Source: Eledone cirrhosa
Lineage: Eukaryota
Assembly (NCBI GenBank): GCA_964016885.1
Contig: OZ024741.1
Coordinates: 377,084,001 to 377,148,000 of the forward strand
DNA length: 64,000 nucleotides
Direction: 5' to 3'
Position numbers and translations under genes: made by a program. Shown here one piece after another: positions 39,480 to 55,050 of this stretch; the first letter of the stretch is position 1; each line of letters starts with the position of its first letter. Below the pieces are notes generated by a model that searched no databases, was not told where the DNA came from, and worked only from the letters and a program-made list of their open reading frames with translations.

Positions 39480-42400
39480 CAAACACTTGAGCTAAGCAAC
39501 TGAAATGAATCAGTACCAACGCCAAGGACAACTCTGATGATATTAAGATAAACAAAGTCTACAGCACTATGACCATTATCGACGCTAGCAATTATACCAG
39601 CAGTAAGAATATCAGTGTGGTAGCGTAATGGACCAAACATAACAACAAGAATATAACCAAGAAATGTGACACTGTTGATTATTCGAAGAAGATATTGATA
39701 TTCTTGTAAAAACACAGGAATAGAAAGATTAAGATGGAGATCGTTTGTATAATCAATCTCCTCTCCCAATTAATTCAGATTTTGACGCCTATAATCTCCA
39801 AGGGATCCCATTTATAGATCTGATGTAGAATCGCAATTACCAAATGTATACACTTGAATTTTATACGAGCCCTTTCAGAACATATTCAGGTTTTGTTAAA
39901 AGCAAAGTAAAGTAAAGGCAAGACACATTTTTGTACGTTACCTACAAGAGCGGCAGATATGCAATATGCGCCGCCTCAACTCAGTTTACAAGACGGGAAT
40001 TTTACGATGGATTTGGAGTCACTTAGTATAGGTGTGATAGCAATCAATGACACCGCCTTTCTGTAAACGCTTTCTGTCATCTTCTTGAGGTTGCCAGATA
40101 TTTCGTCACTCTTCTATTATTGAGTTACCTATATTTAGACATTCCTTTTAAAACAGATATAGATCTCCAAAAGTGAATTGTTGTTAGGCTCCCACTGTAT
40201 GTGAAAATACATTCATATGATGAATTGTCCTTTGAAGCTTACAACAATTTCATATATACACGCTTTCAATATACCTACCTGGTAATTTGCAGTGTAATAC
40301 TTCAGAATGATAGGCTTATGTCCCATATAATCAACACCAACAACATTTAGGTACCAACACTAAAATAGCATTTCAATATCAACATTTATTTAAATTTTTT
40401 TCCTTTATATAATAGTGGGTAGAGAAAAATATTCATACACTAGATATTGAGTTTTCATAATTGAGTTTCACTGTTTATGAAATACTTGTTAAACTTTTTC
40501 GAATATTTCCTACTTTACTGTTATATAACAATCACAAATTTCACACAAAAGTGATCGCTTATGAATTTGGGATTCCAGAGTTAGAAACCATAGCCATTCA
40601 TATTATGTACTTTGCCTTTCATCCTTACGGGGTCGATAAAATAAAGTACCAGTAACGCACTGGGTAATTGCTGGCCTTGTGCCTAACGTAGAAACAATTA
40701 TGCCATGCTATTATTTTCTACATTCCATAATATTCAGTATTTTATACGATTAAATAATTTCCGCCTCGCATTTTATTTTTGAAATTAAAAAATTATATAA
40801 AACCAAGGATAAAATATTCGTAAAAGTTACAAACAAAGAAATATAAAAATATGGGTTTTCATTCTACTTTGAATTTTAAAAAGAATCAGCACTAAATCTA
40901 GATGTCCGATAATCAGATTCTATTTAGGTTTGAAACCAAAATTGAAATGAACACTTTACAAATAATAAAGCACGCGCATGTATAAAAGAACTCAGAAATA
41001 AAACGAGATTCTTCAAAATGTTCTTAGAGCGTGTAATTTAAAAAAGTTCTGTGTGGAGTCTTTATCGTAGTATAGTTCGTGGATGATTAATTGCCTATCC
41101 TATGAGAATCGAATAAGTTTTTTCTCTTGATATGTGGTAATTAATTTTTCTCTTGAATGTGGTAATTAACTTTGTGAAAATTATTTGAAATAGATGAAAT
41201 GTGAATTGTTAAGCAGGTGCGCAGAAAATGTATATCTTCATACCTCTATGTCATATTCTTTTTTATTTTCAGATACATTGATACATTAAAAATGTAGAAA
41301 TAAATCGCTAAATGTTCAATTGACCAGAATAAGAAGACATAAATTGCTTTTGCTCTAACATATATAAAGAATATTGAAACAAATTTGCGCTGTGAAATAT
41401 TCTATGGCACTTTTATTTAATTTATATGTCTATATAGTCGATATTGAATTATAATTTCAAAGAACATAGGTTCTGACTTTTAAGAGATACATTCCTGTTT
41501 CAAACTTAAAATAGTATGTGTTAAAATTAATGAACGGCCATTTTGTAAGCTTCATTTACTTTCAGCGAAAATATCAAATACCAATTAAGATGTTTCTGAT
41601 TTTGAATTAGAAATTTACGTCTGGTATTTTACTTTATAGCTATAGTTTCCATTGTATCGGTTCCTGCTGGCTAGAATTCTGGTTTGCCAGTTTTATGAAT
41701 AATCTCGCAAACTTAAATGTCAAATAGATCGTTGGGCGGTAACACAGTATTTATGTAATATGACAATGTTCAGTGTCCCTTGCTGAGCCCAATTCTGCGT
41801 GACAGAGGATACGGTTCGAAATCGTAACTGCAGCATGATAAATTACTGAACTGGGAAATAAATTATCAGTGTGGTTCATAAATGATATGTTGTGATGTAC
41901 TATAAGCTGTGAATCAACCTAATATACTTATTAGCAAACGACCTCTCATTTGTATTTATTTAGAATTGAAAGGCATATAAATAAAATGTAATTTAGGACT
42001 CACTTTTGTTTTCGAATATGTATTTCTTAATTATCATCGTATTCATGATGCTTGTATAGTATTACAGAATCTAGTTGAGAAAAACACTGTTTGTTATCAA
42101 TGACAAAACCAATATAGAATGTTTGGGGTTCCTTTTGAATTTGTATTTGAAAATTACACCATTGTGCGTTTCCAGAATCACTTGTGTGATTGCTGGTGTT
42201 TATTTATCTATTGTAATAATCACTATAAGTTAGTCTCTATAGATCAACATTTCGATTTCTTAGAGTTGATTATAGATTTTGATATTTCGCTACCTAGAAC
42301 TGAAGACGTCCTCGTTTTCGTGTCTTTTAAACGTGAATGTTGCCTGATGTTTATATTCTCCTACTATTATTCAAGTGAGAACCGTCTGTGAGAACCGGCT

Positions 42401-44500
42401 TCCTGATATTAATTTGAAGCACTTTTGTTATTTGTTTTGTTTAAAAATAGATCTTGGCAAGAACCTTTTGATTTTCATTGGAACTGTTGATCGGATCAAA
42501 GCTATGTTATCTTTTTTCATAACAACGGAATTTTTGTGATTCAATGATTATTTTTTTTTTTATTAGCTGCTCTTTGATTTCTGATAAATTAATAATTTTG
42601 TTTATTTCCGATGTATTTTCGCCTATTTATATCTTGTGATTTTTTTAGATGTCTGTCTCATTAAAGATTAAAACATCTTTCTATTTCTTCTCTATCATTC
42701 GCTATATATTCTTTTCCTGATTCCTTGCTGACATTATATGTGAAGGTTTTAATGACGTCACCAACGTTTGTCCTCTGTCTATTCTATTAAGTATATTGGA
42801 TTTATTATGTTTACCTCGAGTTCGAGTAGATTTTGTTAACACGGATTGCACTTAGCATTGCTAGTATTTTATTGTCCACTTGTATCATTTGTAGCGGTAG
42901 TTCTTGTTTTCATGTGTAGTTAGGCGGCCACTTTTTATTGTTTATCTATATTACAATATTCAAACTTTTTTCACTGTTTCTCGTAATAATATGCGTTCCG
43001 ACTTTAATCACCGACGATCTCGCTATAAATTTGTTGGGCGATATTTTGGAAGTATCTGGCATTCAATTTTGTCGCGTTTCGTATATGCATCGCTTATCAT
43101 ACAATGTATTTGGTACCACGCAGCCATTTATTTCTCCACCGCCATTGATAAGTTATGTTCTTAACTATCTGTATCCAATCTGCTGTTTGGTTGCTTTGTT
43201 TAATGCCTGCATATTGATTATGCATTATTTTTCTGTTCTATCTATCTGTCTCTACATTTCTCTCACTCTCTCTCACTCTCTCCCCTCTCTCTGTCTCTCT
43301 CTTTCTTTCTCGGCCCCCTCTCTCTCTCTCCCTGTATATATATATATGCTTCATATCCCGTGGATTTAATGTACATATTGTGAACAGGAATTCAATTTAC
43401 TTCACTCTTATGAATATATAACGGTTCTCTTAAAATACCATGCAGCTATGCTGTTGTTATATTTTCCAATAAGTTTGCATTGTGGAAATTCTTCTTCTCG
43501 GGGTCGTTTATATATTTTCAATTTTCTTTCAATGACCTGAAAAAAAACGTTTTACTTTTGAAAGTTTATATTCCATTTATTCATATATCTGATATTCTAA
43601 GTTCTGATGTATTCTATATGTGGCAAAGAAAAGGGGAATTAAAATATGTGACTAGATGATTGCACTAATATCCTTCAACAATTATATTTTTTTGTTATTT
43701 TAGTGCTTTGCTCTTTGTTGTGGTTTTATTTATTCTTTAGGTTAGCCTAATTCTTGATAAAATCTGTTTGATTGAGAATTGCGCGATCTCCTCTGTTCAA
43801 AAAAGCCTTATCGTTTTTCTTTGTTGTTTCATAAGGATTTCTTCTTTCAGATGTTCTATGATGTAATATGCCTACTTCATGTGTGATATAGTATTTCTTT
43901 AATATTTTTACTCCTTTTTGATTTCGTAGTGCTGTTTCGGTATTGATTGAGAGATATTTTATCTTATTGAATATCACGCTTTAAAGTGTTAATTTTCACG
44001 CGCGTTTGTTTGGGATTTACTATCCCCGTAAGCGTAGTTACCCATATATACTCTGTGGTCGCTGCTTTTTATATTTTACTTAATCTGATAACTCTGCTGC
44101 AGGATGTCTAAACATAAAATGTTTGTTAAAATGTTTAGTGTTTTTATTGCTGTTGTTATTTTCGTCCTCGCTAATCCATAGAAAGTGCTTCCGTTCAACA
44201 AAAGGGTTATCATTTTATTGAGATTAATTAATTGTTTCACAATTTCTATAGTGATTCTCATGATTTCCATTTCTAGATTTCACGATTCTCTAGTCAGTAT
44301 CGTATTCAATTATATTTATATATTTATTTCTGTTGTTCTGCTCCGCTGTTCGTTTGGTGGTATTATGTAGGTGTTCATATGTTTGTTTTTTTATTGTATA
44401 TTGTAATTTATTTTCTCTGCATCATTTATATCTTCCTGATTTAATTTCAGAGTTGTTTTTATTATCTTTGTTCGTTTATATGTGTTACTAACACTTCTTC
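39480..44500 (-). mobile_element. Highly decayed L1/Tx1-like LINE
   Basis: IKYLSIN...LRN...HEVGIL (APE endonuclease N-terminus-like) at 43747-43977, and a QQG motif at about 41770 in the expected downstream position. Strand-biased A-richness. Confidence 0.4.
40608..40701 (+). mobile_element. CORE-type SINE 3' half
   Basis: CTTTGCCTTTCATCCTTACGGGGTCGATAAAATAAAGTACCAG. Confidence 0.88.
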
Positions 44501-45120
44501 TCAGTTTGAAGCGATTAAAAAATATATACGTATATGAAAATAGAGATTATAATTACATAGATATATTTTCAATCTAACCAAGTCGGCTTCGTGAATTAGA
44601 AACATAATTATGGCTGATAATTTCATCATCAGTATTAGCAAACTAAACAAGATAACTACAACTAGGAATCAAGCCTTAGATCAGAGCCCCATTTCATTAA
44701 ATATGTCCCATTACTGCACTCACTCTGGTATCCATAAGATTAATTATCAAATTATATTGCCTCAGTGGGTGGGATCCCATATACTTATACATCAGTTCCA
44801 AACACAAAGGAACAAACTCCCTCTGTCATTGCTTCCGACTCTCTGGCTCTCCACATCTCTTACTATTGTGAGCAAATGGGGGCCTCGTTGGACAGAATAG
44901 AGAAGGCCATTCTCCGGAGGATGGTGAGGAAGACTCACTGGAAGAGACATTCAAGCACGCGAGGCTCACACCTGTAGGTAGTCAACACTGTGCCGATGGA
45001 GGTGAGCATGCAGGTGGCCCTAGGGTGAATGTCACAAGTCTATATTTAAAGGAATTTATTTCAATTCTCAATTTTTCTTCAGTATTAATGCTTTTATTTT
45101 TACAAGTTAGCTATCATTAA

Positions 45121-45311
45121 GGACGCTGGATTGGTAGCATCGGTAGAGGGTCGGGCGCCATGCTTCGCAGCACAGAGGCACGGCCCTCTACGGTCTGATT
45201 TAAAATCCCACCGAAGTTAACTTTGAATTTTAGCCTTACGGGGTCGATAAAATAAAGTACCAGTAATACACTTGGTTAATTGCCGGCCTTGTTCCCAAAG
45301 TAGAAAAAATT
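45121..45311 (+). mobile_element. CORE-type SINE
   Basis: Full-length alignment to 58415-58603. Confidence 0.88.
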
Positions 45312-46606
45312 ACTGGATAGAATACAGTACTATTTTCCTGTAATGTTTATCCTTTAAATTGTCATATTTTCGATGTTTTGGTAATGGGACACTGATATAT
45401 ACGCATATAGATAAACTATATACCCTACTATGTCCATATATATCATTTTGTAATTTGTTGACGATATTCAGGAGTATCTTCAGGTTATATAATGTGTTTA
45501 ATGTGTACAGGTGGTATTCCGCTTGACACACCCAATTGTTCGTATACGTTGAGCACCAGCTTCGCTGCATGCCTCACTATAAAATCTGGGGATGTATGAT
45601 AATGATTCTGATTATATTGTTTGATAAGTTTTGTTTGTGGGCACGAATAATTTGTTTAGCGTTATTATTAGATTTGCAACTACAGCCGTCATTTGCAATC
45701 AATATATTTTGCAAGTACTACATGCGCAATACTTCATCAATATTTCCACAATTTGTATTTGATTCACTGATTCCTAATTGCATATTTTGCTATATTTCGG
45801 ATTATTCAAATAATATCCTTTGTTTTATTAATTTCATCTTCATCTAGAGGTGTCCTCTTGATAGATATTTGTATAAGGTTATTATTTCTCATCATGTTTT
45901 CAATATTTCTAGTTTCTACAACATCACCAAGTCTACGTATGTCCTCTTGAAATAATTGTGTTTTATACCAAAGTGGTTTTGAGTTTTTGTGTTATTTGTT
46001 TTAATATATTTGGTGTTTATAATAATGTGTTTATAAGTATGTTGTACCTGATATGAGGTGTGCGGTGGTGTATATTTTATTGAGGAGTGAGATTGTGTAT
46101 CAAATGTTAAGTGTATTTTGTGCTATGATTTTTAATGCTGACGATCGGTAATATGGTATGTAATAAACTGTGTGGAATTTGTGATATTATTAGATGGCAA
46201 CTTCATATATGAGATTGTGAGTTATCTGATGTGTTGGTTTCCAGGTATATCAATGTGTTGCATGACGTACTATATTGTTCCTTCTCGAGATATTTGGAAG
46301 AATATGGGTTGTGTTACATTATCTTTTGGTGATATCATATAGCATCTAAAAAGTGCATTATTTCATACGCCTGTACAGTTCTTAATGGAGGTATGTGTTA
46401 CGTGCAGGTGTACTTATTGTTTCCTCCGTGTTCTTGAATTGAAGATATTTTACCTGTCACGTATCCTGTATTAAATTGGGAGACGTGATATAATAGTCAT
46501 ATTTTTTCTTAATACATTTTATGATACATAATGATGCAGGTATGTTTGGTAACAATGACATGTCGGTAACGCACCCGGTTTAAAACAATCCGAATTTACA
46601 TATACA

Positions 46607-46621
46607 TTACTACTGCTGCTG

Positions 46622-46687
<66 letters not shown>

Positions 46688-46711
46688 ATACTACTGCTGC
46701 TGCTACTACTA
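46607..46711 (+). repeat. (CTA)n/(CTG)n trinucleotide microsatellite
   Basis: Direct repeat. Confidence 0.95.
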
Positions 46712-47600
46712 TTAGTTGTAGTATTTTTTCCGGAGTAGCCCTACAATCGTATGTTTCTACCACGCTCAGTTAAAGTCTCCCAGAAATGCACACAAATCAT
46801 TGGAACTGTATATATATATATATAAGTTTGTTGTCCAAAAGGAAATGAGTTTGGATATTGGTCGACATATGTTATGTAGTGTTTTAAGCAAATATTTCTC
46901 GTTTTATATCTTATGATTTGGTTACACTAAACCTATATTTGTCTTTTTTCTTTTTTTAAGTCAATGTATTCCATTTTCGCAACACGAACATCCCAAACTG
47001 TTTGCAATGTTTTTTATAGGCAAGAAATAGTACTCAAGTAATAGCAAGTGAAACTACATCATTTCTATAATCGATATGTCAACATGGTTTTGCAATAATA
47101 TCATGGCTTCTCAAGAGAAGGTGATCCAATAGCTAACTTGATGAACTGAAGTAATTACAGAAGTAAATAGGAATTGCAATGTAAAAATGGTGATGTTACT
47201 GTCAATGATGATCATGATTTGCAGAATGAAAGAATATATTTCCCTGTATCTTTTTTGTGTGCTGTCACTGTTTTTAAAATAAAATCCCCTACTTTATCAA
47301 TGTGTATGGAAAGTTGTCAGAAACATTTACTAATGGCTTCTCAGCATTAATCTAGAATATACAGAGCAACAACAACTAAAGCAAGAGAAATATTAGAGAT
47401 AGGAACACCGAATACACTATCGATGTCAAAAAAAACAACATAAAGCTCATCAATAACAAACACAAATTTAGGTTTTGAAAACGTTTACACACATACAGCT
47501 ACATACATATTTAGGTACATATATACATATTATATATATGTATATATATGTTTTTATAAGTATATGTATAAGGATAAGCACACACAGACACACACACAGA

Positions 47601-47807
<207 letters not shown>

Positions 47808-48886
47808 ATGTATACAACACACAGTGATATGTATACAATATTGCTATTATGAATATATGTATATGAACTGTATATGATGATTTTTAAAAAAAAACTGAAT
47901 AAAATACTGAAATAATAAATGTATATTCTAAAACATGTTTTAAATATATTATATATTATACACACATATATAGATATTAGTTGATATTGGATATCGATGA
48001 TTTAAATGAAAAAGCAAATCAATAACTGCCTTTTAATAAATATTACTTGAGAAATATGTTTCCAAAACTTGCACAAAATGGAGTGGCATACATGAATATT
48101 TATAATACCCATAGATTCCCAATCAATCGTTATATATCGATGGATATTTAAGTATGCTGATGGATACCACCCACATTTGTCTGTCCAAATGTTCTTCCGG
48201 ATTATCAAGGGATTTCCAAAGTATTTGCATCAAAATTATGTCATAAAGAACATCGTTGTATTTTGTTTCATGAACGAAATCAAGATCAACGCGCTTTCGG
48301 GTAGGCCAGTGACAGAAAAATGTGTTTTGTTTCAAAATAAAGGGAGATAAATCTCCAGAAAGGGTGAACAACAAGTCATATTATATTATATGATCTTGAA
48401 TATACCAACACTGAGTAAAAGACCAAACGCATAAAATAAAATTGATTTTAAGTCGTTGTGATCTTATGCGAAACAAGAACATTAAATACAAGATGAACAG
48501 CAGTAATAACATCACCCGCTTTACGTTACAATACTCATAAACCAACCTGCAATTTATTAGTTAGTGTAGCGTTCAAATAGACGCAGTCTTTTCAGTTTGG
48601 ATATCTATGTGATAAAATCTGACGGAATCTTTAGATTAATGCTACATTAAACATTTGAAGTGTATATTTAACCTTTTAATGTGTCAGTGAATATGGTAAA
48701 GTATTTCGCGATAGGTAATGCAGATGTAATCTAGAAAGAAATGATATCAGATGTATGCATGCATAAACATGCTTATTACACATCTACATATGTATATTTC
48801 ACTCTGTTTCTCTCGTTCAGTCTCTCCCTCTATCACATACACACACACAAACACACTCATACACACACGCATATACATACATAAAT

Positions 48887-48992
<106 letters not shown>

Positions 48993-50020
48993 AAGTGTGT
49001 GTGTCTGTGTTGATTCTTTGAATTCAATAAAAGAATTCTTCAAAATGAACGAGGCGAATCATATTTACTTATTTTTCAATAGGGCGCATGTGTTTCCAAT
49101 CATTAATATACTTTTGGTGCTTCATTTTCTGTGCGTATTGGTTGTACTACATTTTTAACGCATACGGATATGAATATAAAATTCACTCTCTCTCTCTCTT
49201 TATACATATACGTATGTATATATTGATACCAATGCCACACAAAGTCATTCATCTTACAGGATATTGTATGTGTGCACTCTGAGTAATGAGTTTCTATTTT
49301 TAATAATAAAAACCTAACTATATAATTTAGTAAGGAAACGACTGAAACCCTAGTGGTTCTGTTCGACTAGTTTCATATACCTATTGATATAATCTCCCAG
49401 GCGACTAACCTGCATTTTTAATTGTAAGTTAATCTTTTTTATTTATTTATTTATTCTTATTCGATTCATTTATTACTTGCAACTCTGTCTTTGATTCTCT
49501 ACAAAAGTACACTGGTTTTGGCGAATTCAGTTTTTTTCAATTTCTAATCTTGCCATCGGGTTCCTTATACATGGACAGGTCTGGCTTACCTCCTCCTTGA
49601 GCAGGCACGCGTTACTAAATGTCTTGGTTTCCGACTATACTTCTTGATGACGACGGCCTAACGTGTACTAGCTTGCTAAACATACATTTTAATTCGTAGG
49701 AGGCGAAGACATGCTCAAGAAGCAATTCTGAGTCAAAATTACGCAATGTCTGCTATTACCTAACTTCCGTGAACAGTGGTTCCAGCCGGATTATTAGTGA
49801 CATACCTGTTTTGCAGAAACCAAGTCTTGGTCTGCTTGTTTCCATATATCAATATCAAACGCACAATTAGTCGTTGATTGATCTTACTGATTAACGCATA
49901 CGTGCACTCTGAGTAATTGGTTTGTCTTTTTTAATAAACACAAACCCAATTACATCATCCAGTGAGTAAGGAAACAGCTGAACAGATTCTCTTGGGCTAG
50001 ATACGAATACCTATATATAT

Positions 50021-50100
<80 letters not shown>

Positions 50101-50104
<4 letters not shown>

Positions 50105-51928
50105 GAAGTAATTCCGTCGGAAAGGTCCAGGAAAAAAGGGTGCTCTATGTAAGTTACAGAGCTTAATAGTTATGTAATAAACAACATAAGGCAATTATTT
50201 CATTTACCAGTGGTAACATCTTAAGAAAAATAATTCTCCAAATTAGAACTAAGACTGACTTATCACAATGGTTAAATACATCCTCTGTTATTTCTTGGTT
50301 TAATAATATACAAGGTAAACATAAGCGTAGATTTACCCAATTTGATATTGTTGATTTTTACCCCTCTATTATTGTTTCCTTATTAACTAATGCCTTAGAC
50401 TTTGCAAGACCCTTCAATAATATTTCTAAATTAGAAGAAGACATTATCTTTCATGCTAGAAAAACTTTACTCTTTACTAATGAAAGTATTTGGGTTAAAT
50501 AGTCAAACCCTGAAAACTATTTTGATGTTTCAATGGGTTCATATGACAGTGCGGATGTGTGTGATTTAGTAGGATTATTCCTTCTCCACACACTCAAAGA
50601 GAAATTTCCTTCCCATAATATCGGTGTATACCGTGACGACGGATTGGCAGTTTCTCATACCACCAACGGCCATAACCTTGATAAATTCCGTAAAGATTTA
50701 ATCAATACTTTTGCTAATCTTAACCTTAAAATTACTATAGATACGAACCTTACCAATGCTAACTTTCTTGACATTAATCTTGATCTACTTACTGCCTCTT
50801 TCAAACCTTATCATAAACCTAACGAAAATCTTAGATATATACACAAGGAGTCTTGCCACCCCCCTATAGTTTAAAAAAATCTTATTCCCAACATTAGCCG
50901 TAGGATTTCTACCTTATCTTCGTCTCTAGATATTTTTAATAAAGCCGCACCTTATTATAATAAAGCCCTTTATAACAGCGGATTTACAGAACAAATTAAT
51001 TATTTGCCTACCAACGCCCCCCCCCCCCCTAAAACTAACCACAATAATAGGAAAAGGAAAATGATTTGGTTTACACTCCCCTTCTCTCTAACTGTCAAAA
51101 CTAATGTAGGAAGGACATTTCTTGACCTCTTAGATAAACATTTGCCTCCTAATCATAGATATTATAAGATATTTAATAGAAATCTAGTTAAAATCAGTTA
51201 CTCTTGCTGCCCCTCAATGATGTCTAAAATCACTAATTCCAATCGTACGAAAATAAATCCACGATGCAGTTGAGAGGAAGCCGGATGAATGCCCATTACA
51301 GGCCAAATGTAACACCAAATCCGTTGTTAATGAGTCAAAATGAAACCTTTAATTAACAACCAGCCAGCCAGGAGTGAACGATATGTTGGCAGGACCCAGG
51401 ACAGGTTTAAAACCAGGTTTTATGCACATGTCGCTTCATTTAAACACTCCGATAAAAGAACAGTAACTGCTCTCGCAAATAAGGTGTGGTAATTCAAGGA
51501 TAAAAACATCCCGTACTCTATCGATAGGTCTATTTTAGACCATTCGAGGGAGTACCAAACAGGCACAAACAATTGTTCTTTGTGTACCAATGAAAAATTT
51601 AGGATTTTACAAAACATGAAAGCCACTTCAACTTGCCTGAACTCCAAGACCGAGATCTTCAGATGTTGTCCTCACCTGAAATCACATCTGATCTGTAACT
51701 GGATTGACATTCCTACGATAACTCAACCACCTTGAACTTCTTCTCTGCTCTCTACGGCTTACATCCACTACGATTTTTTTACCTTCTGAATTCACTTTCT
51801 GTACTCTTATATTCTTTTTCTCCCTTATCTCCTTTTCCTATGTCATTTATTCCCCCCCCTCCTTTCTACCTTATCCTTCACATACCCACCTTTTTGTTTT
51901 AGATATTTATGTGTTGCGCATATGTGTA

Positions 51929-52020
<92 letters not shown>

Positions 52021-52118
52021 GACAAGTAGGTGCGTATGTATGTTTATATATCTGTATGTATATGTATGTGTGTATATAATTGTATTTTATATGCTTCTGT
52101 TTTATTTGTCTGTATATA

Positions 52119-52188
<70 letters not shown>

Positions 52189-52575
52189 TAATGGGTATGT
52201 GTGTGTGCGTGTGTATATTTGTTTGTGTGTATGTTTATGTAATTGTTTTTCTATGTATATATATAATAGCCTCAGATCGGCTTGGGCCCTGCCGTGGGGT
52301 CATACTTTTACCTATATGTGTATATATATACATATATGTATGTATGTGTATGTATGTGTGTGTGTATTTGTATGGTTGTATGTGTGTGTGTGTCTGTGTG
52401 TGTATATATATATATATCTGTTTATGTATGTGTGTATGTATTTGCATAATTATATACAGTGATTTAATGCTTATTTTCATTGATCATTTGCTCCAGGAAC
52501 TTGTTGAGTGCTCTAAATCAGCTATAAACATTTATGCCCTTTTTTAATTATTTATTTATTTATTATTTGTCGTAT
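50101..52575 (+). mobile_element. 5'-truncated Penelope-like element with an inverted pLTR tail at its 5' end
   Basis: QFDIVDFYPSI, MGSYDSADVCDLVG, GVYRDDGL, SCHPP, WFTLPFS, ECPLQAKC and YVG..FKTRFYAH (50215-51734). 50101-50213 resembles 290-400, so it is related to the element at 283-2288. Confidence 0.92.
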
Positions 52576-52635
52576 TCCCAACTTTTTATTTATATATATA
52601 TATATATAATATTTATGTATTTTTGTATATATATA

Positions 52636-52686
<51 letters not shown>

Positions 52687-52695
52687 ATATATATA

Positions 52696-52759
<64 letters not shown>

Positions 52760-52874
52760 AGAGGTAAACAAGGTTCATATGAATACATCTAAGAATGAGT
52801 TTTACACACATACATATATGTGTGTGTATGTATTTGTATGTATGTGTTTGTGTATATGTATGTATATATGTGTG

Positions 52875-52935
<61 letters not shown>

Positions 52936-53293
52936 GTGTGTGTGTATCTATATGTGTATGTGTATGTGTGTGTATATGTATATGTATATGTATGTATGTA
53001 TGTATTTATTTTTACGTATGTATGTGTATGTGCAATTGTGTGTATTGCTTACAACTTGTGTTTGTTCATTTATTTGTTGCCTGTATCGCTGTCAACTTTA
53101 TAATAATTTTTATATTCATTTTTATCTCATGTGACGGTATTTTTATTATTATATTTTTTCTTATAATTATTTGTGTGTGTGCGTATGTAGGTGTGTGTAC
53201 ATATATCTACATTTATGCATGCGTATGTATGCGTGTATATATGTGTGTATGTATGTGTGTGTATGTACGTGTGTATATATGTATGATTGTGTG

Positions 53294-53363
<70 letters not shown>

Positions 53364-53807
53364 TATATACATATATATATACATATATATATATATATTT
53401 ATATGCATGTGTGTGTGTGTGTGCGTGTTCGTTTATTTCTGTGTATGTGTATGTATGGATATGTTGATATATATACGTGTGTATGTATGTATGTGTATAT
53501 GTATGCGTATTTATATACATATATACATATATGTGTGTGTGTGTATGTGTGTGTGTGTGTGTCTGGTGGTAGCTAAGATGCATCCATAGGCGGTATGCCG
53601 ATTGAGCACTCTATGCTCTTAGGGAGCAGAGTATGATAGAATAGAAAACGGAAAATCAGTGATGCATCTGAACTCAATATATTGTGTTATAATTGTTTCG
53701 CCGGTAGACAGCTCGAGACGCGATCATTGTGTGGATCTGTCTGATTCTGGACCCGCAGGTTCGACCGACTCGTTTAATAATTGGAGAGCATATTCTCTCA
53801 CATATAT

Positions 53808-53897
<90 letters not shown>

Positions 53898-53907
53898 GAG
53901 AAAGAGA

Positions 53908-55050
53908 AGTGGTTATACAACAGTTAGTTCACCATACCTAGAACAATTGTTTCACCTTACCGGATCCTCAGCTCGTAATGGATTGTGTTATAAGGAACAG
54001 GAACGACACCCGTATGAACGCGCATGCGCAGAAACGGTCACTTTACTAAGGCAATATTAAATTGCGTGCGAGAGGTGTAAGAGAGATAACTGCGAAAGTC
54101 CCAAGTTTCTAGTTGATAAGAAAATTAGGATGTTGTTGTAATTCAATCCGGAGCTTTCTAGTCATGTAAGAGGTGTTTCCAGACGGTGGACAACGTGTGA
54201 AAAATTCAATACCTGAGTTTAGCCAATCGCTATTGCGTAATCTCATTAGAATATTTATTTGTTCATCAATACATAGTCTACTCGACAGATTTCCCCTTGC
54301 GTATGGCTTGGACTTAGTTATGCCTTTCCATTGAATGGAGTAGTCTATACTTGAGTCCTTCAGTGACCATACATGGCTCCCGGGTTTCGTGGATGAACGT
54401 CTGTCCGGGTACCTAAAGGTACCCGGACAGACGTACATTAAATCTGCCCTCCGCCATACCCAGATAGGATATGCTCTTCTGGGTTGATTTTGTCGGTAGG
54501 AAGTGAGCACAGCTTCATAATCTACAGCAGGTGTGTTGCACTGCTGTTGAAGAAATTTCGTAAATAATATCAGTACTAGAATCTCAAACCTCTCCTCTAA
54601 TAAGGCTATCACTTACTCTCCAACTAACAACAACAAAAATAAGAAAAGAAAGCGTAAAAATAGAAAAAAAAAATCTGGTTCTCTTCTCCCTTCTCCCTCA
54701 ACGTTAAAACCAATGTAGGCAAACAGTTTCTAGCCCTCTCAGATAGACACTTTCCCATAGGACATAAATACCGCTCCATCTTTAACCGACACAAATTAAA
54801 ACTAGGATACTCCTGCGCTAAGAACATGAAGGCCAACATCACCAACAGAATTAAGACCAACACACCCACCAGGGTGCTCTTGCCGTAAGCCCGAAGCTTG
54901 TCCCCTTCAACAGCAATGCAACACACCCACTGTAGTTTATGAAGATCTGGTCACTTGCAACCGACCAAATCAACCTCAGGAGGTCAATTCCTATGTGGGT
55001 ATGGCGGAGGGCCGGTTTAAGGAACGCTTCCTGAACCACCAGTCGAACCT
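53908..55050. mobile_element. Penelope-like element fragment in fold-back configuration (EN plus pLTR on minus 53908-54552, linker/EN on plus 54552-55050)
   Basis: Same family as 22746-24170. QQQCNTP.V.YE appears on both arms. Confidence 0.88.
53938..53975 (-). ncRNA. Minimal hammerhead, intact core
   Basis: CGAG-CTGAGGA-TCCGGTAAGGT-GAAA-CAATTG-TT-CTAG. Confidence 0.8.

Noticed and set aside
53670-53750. GAAA-CAATTA-TA preceded by a GC-rich half stem on the minus strand
   Set aside because: Probably the 3' half of a hammerhead, but CUGANGA is missing, so it was not called.
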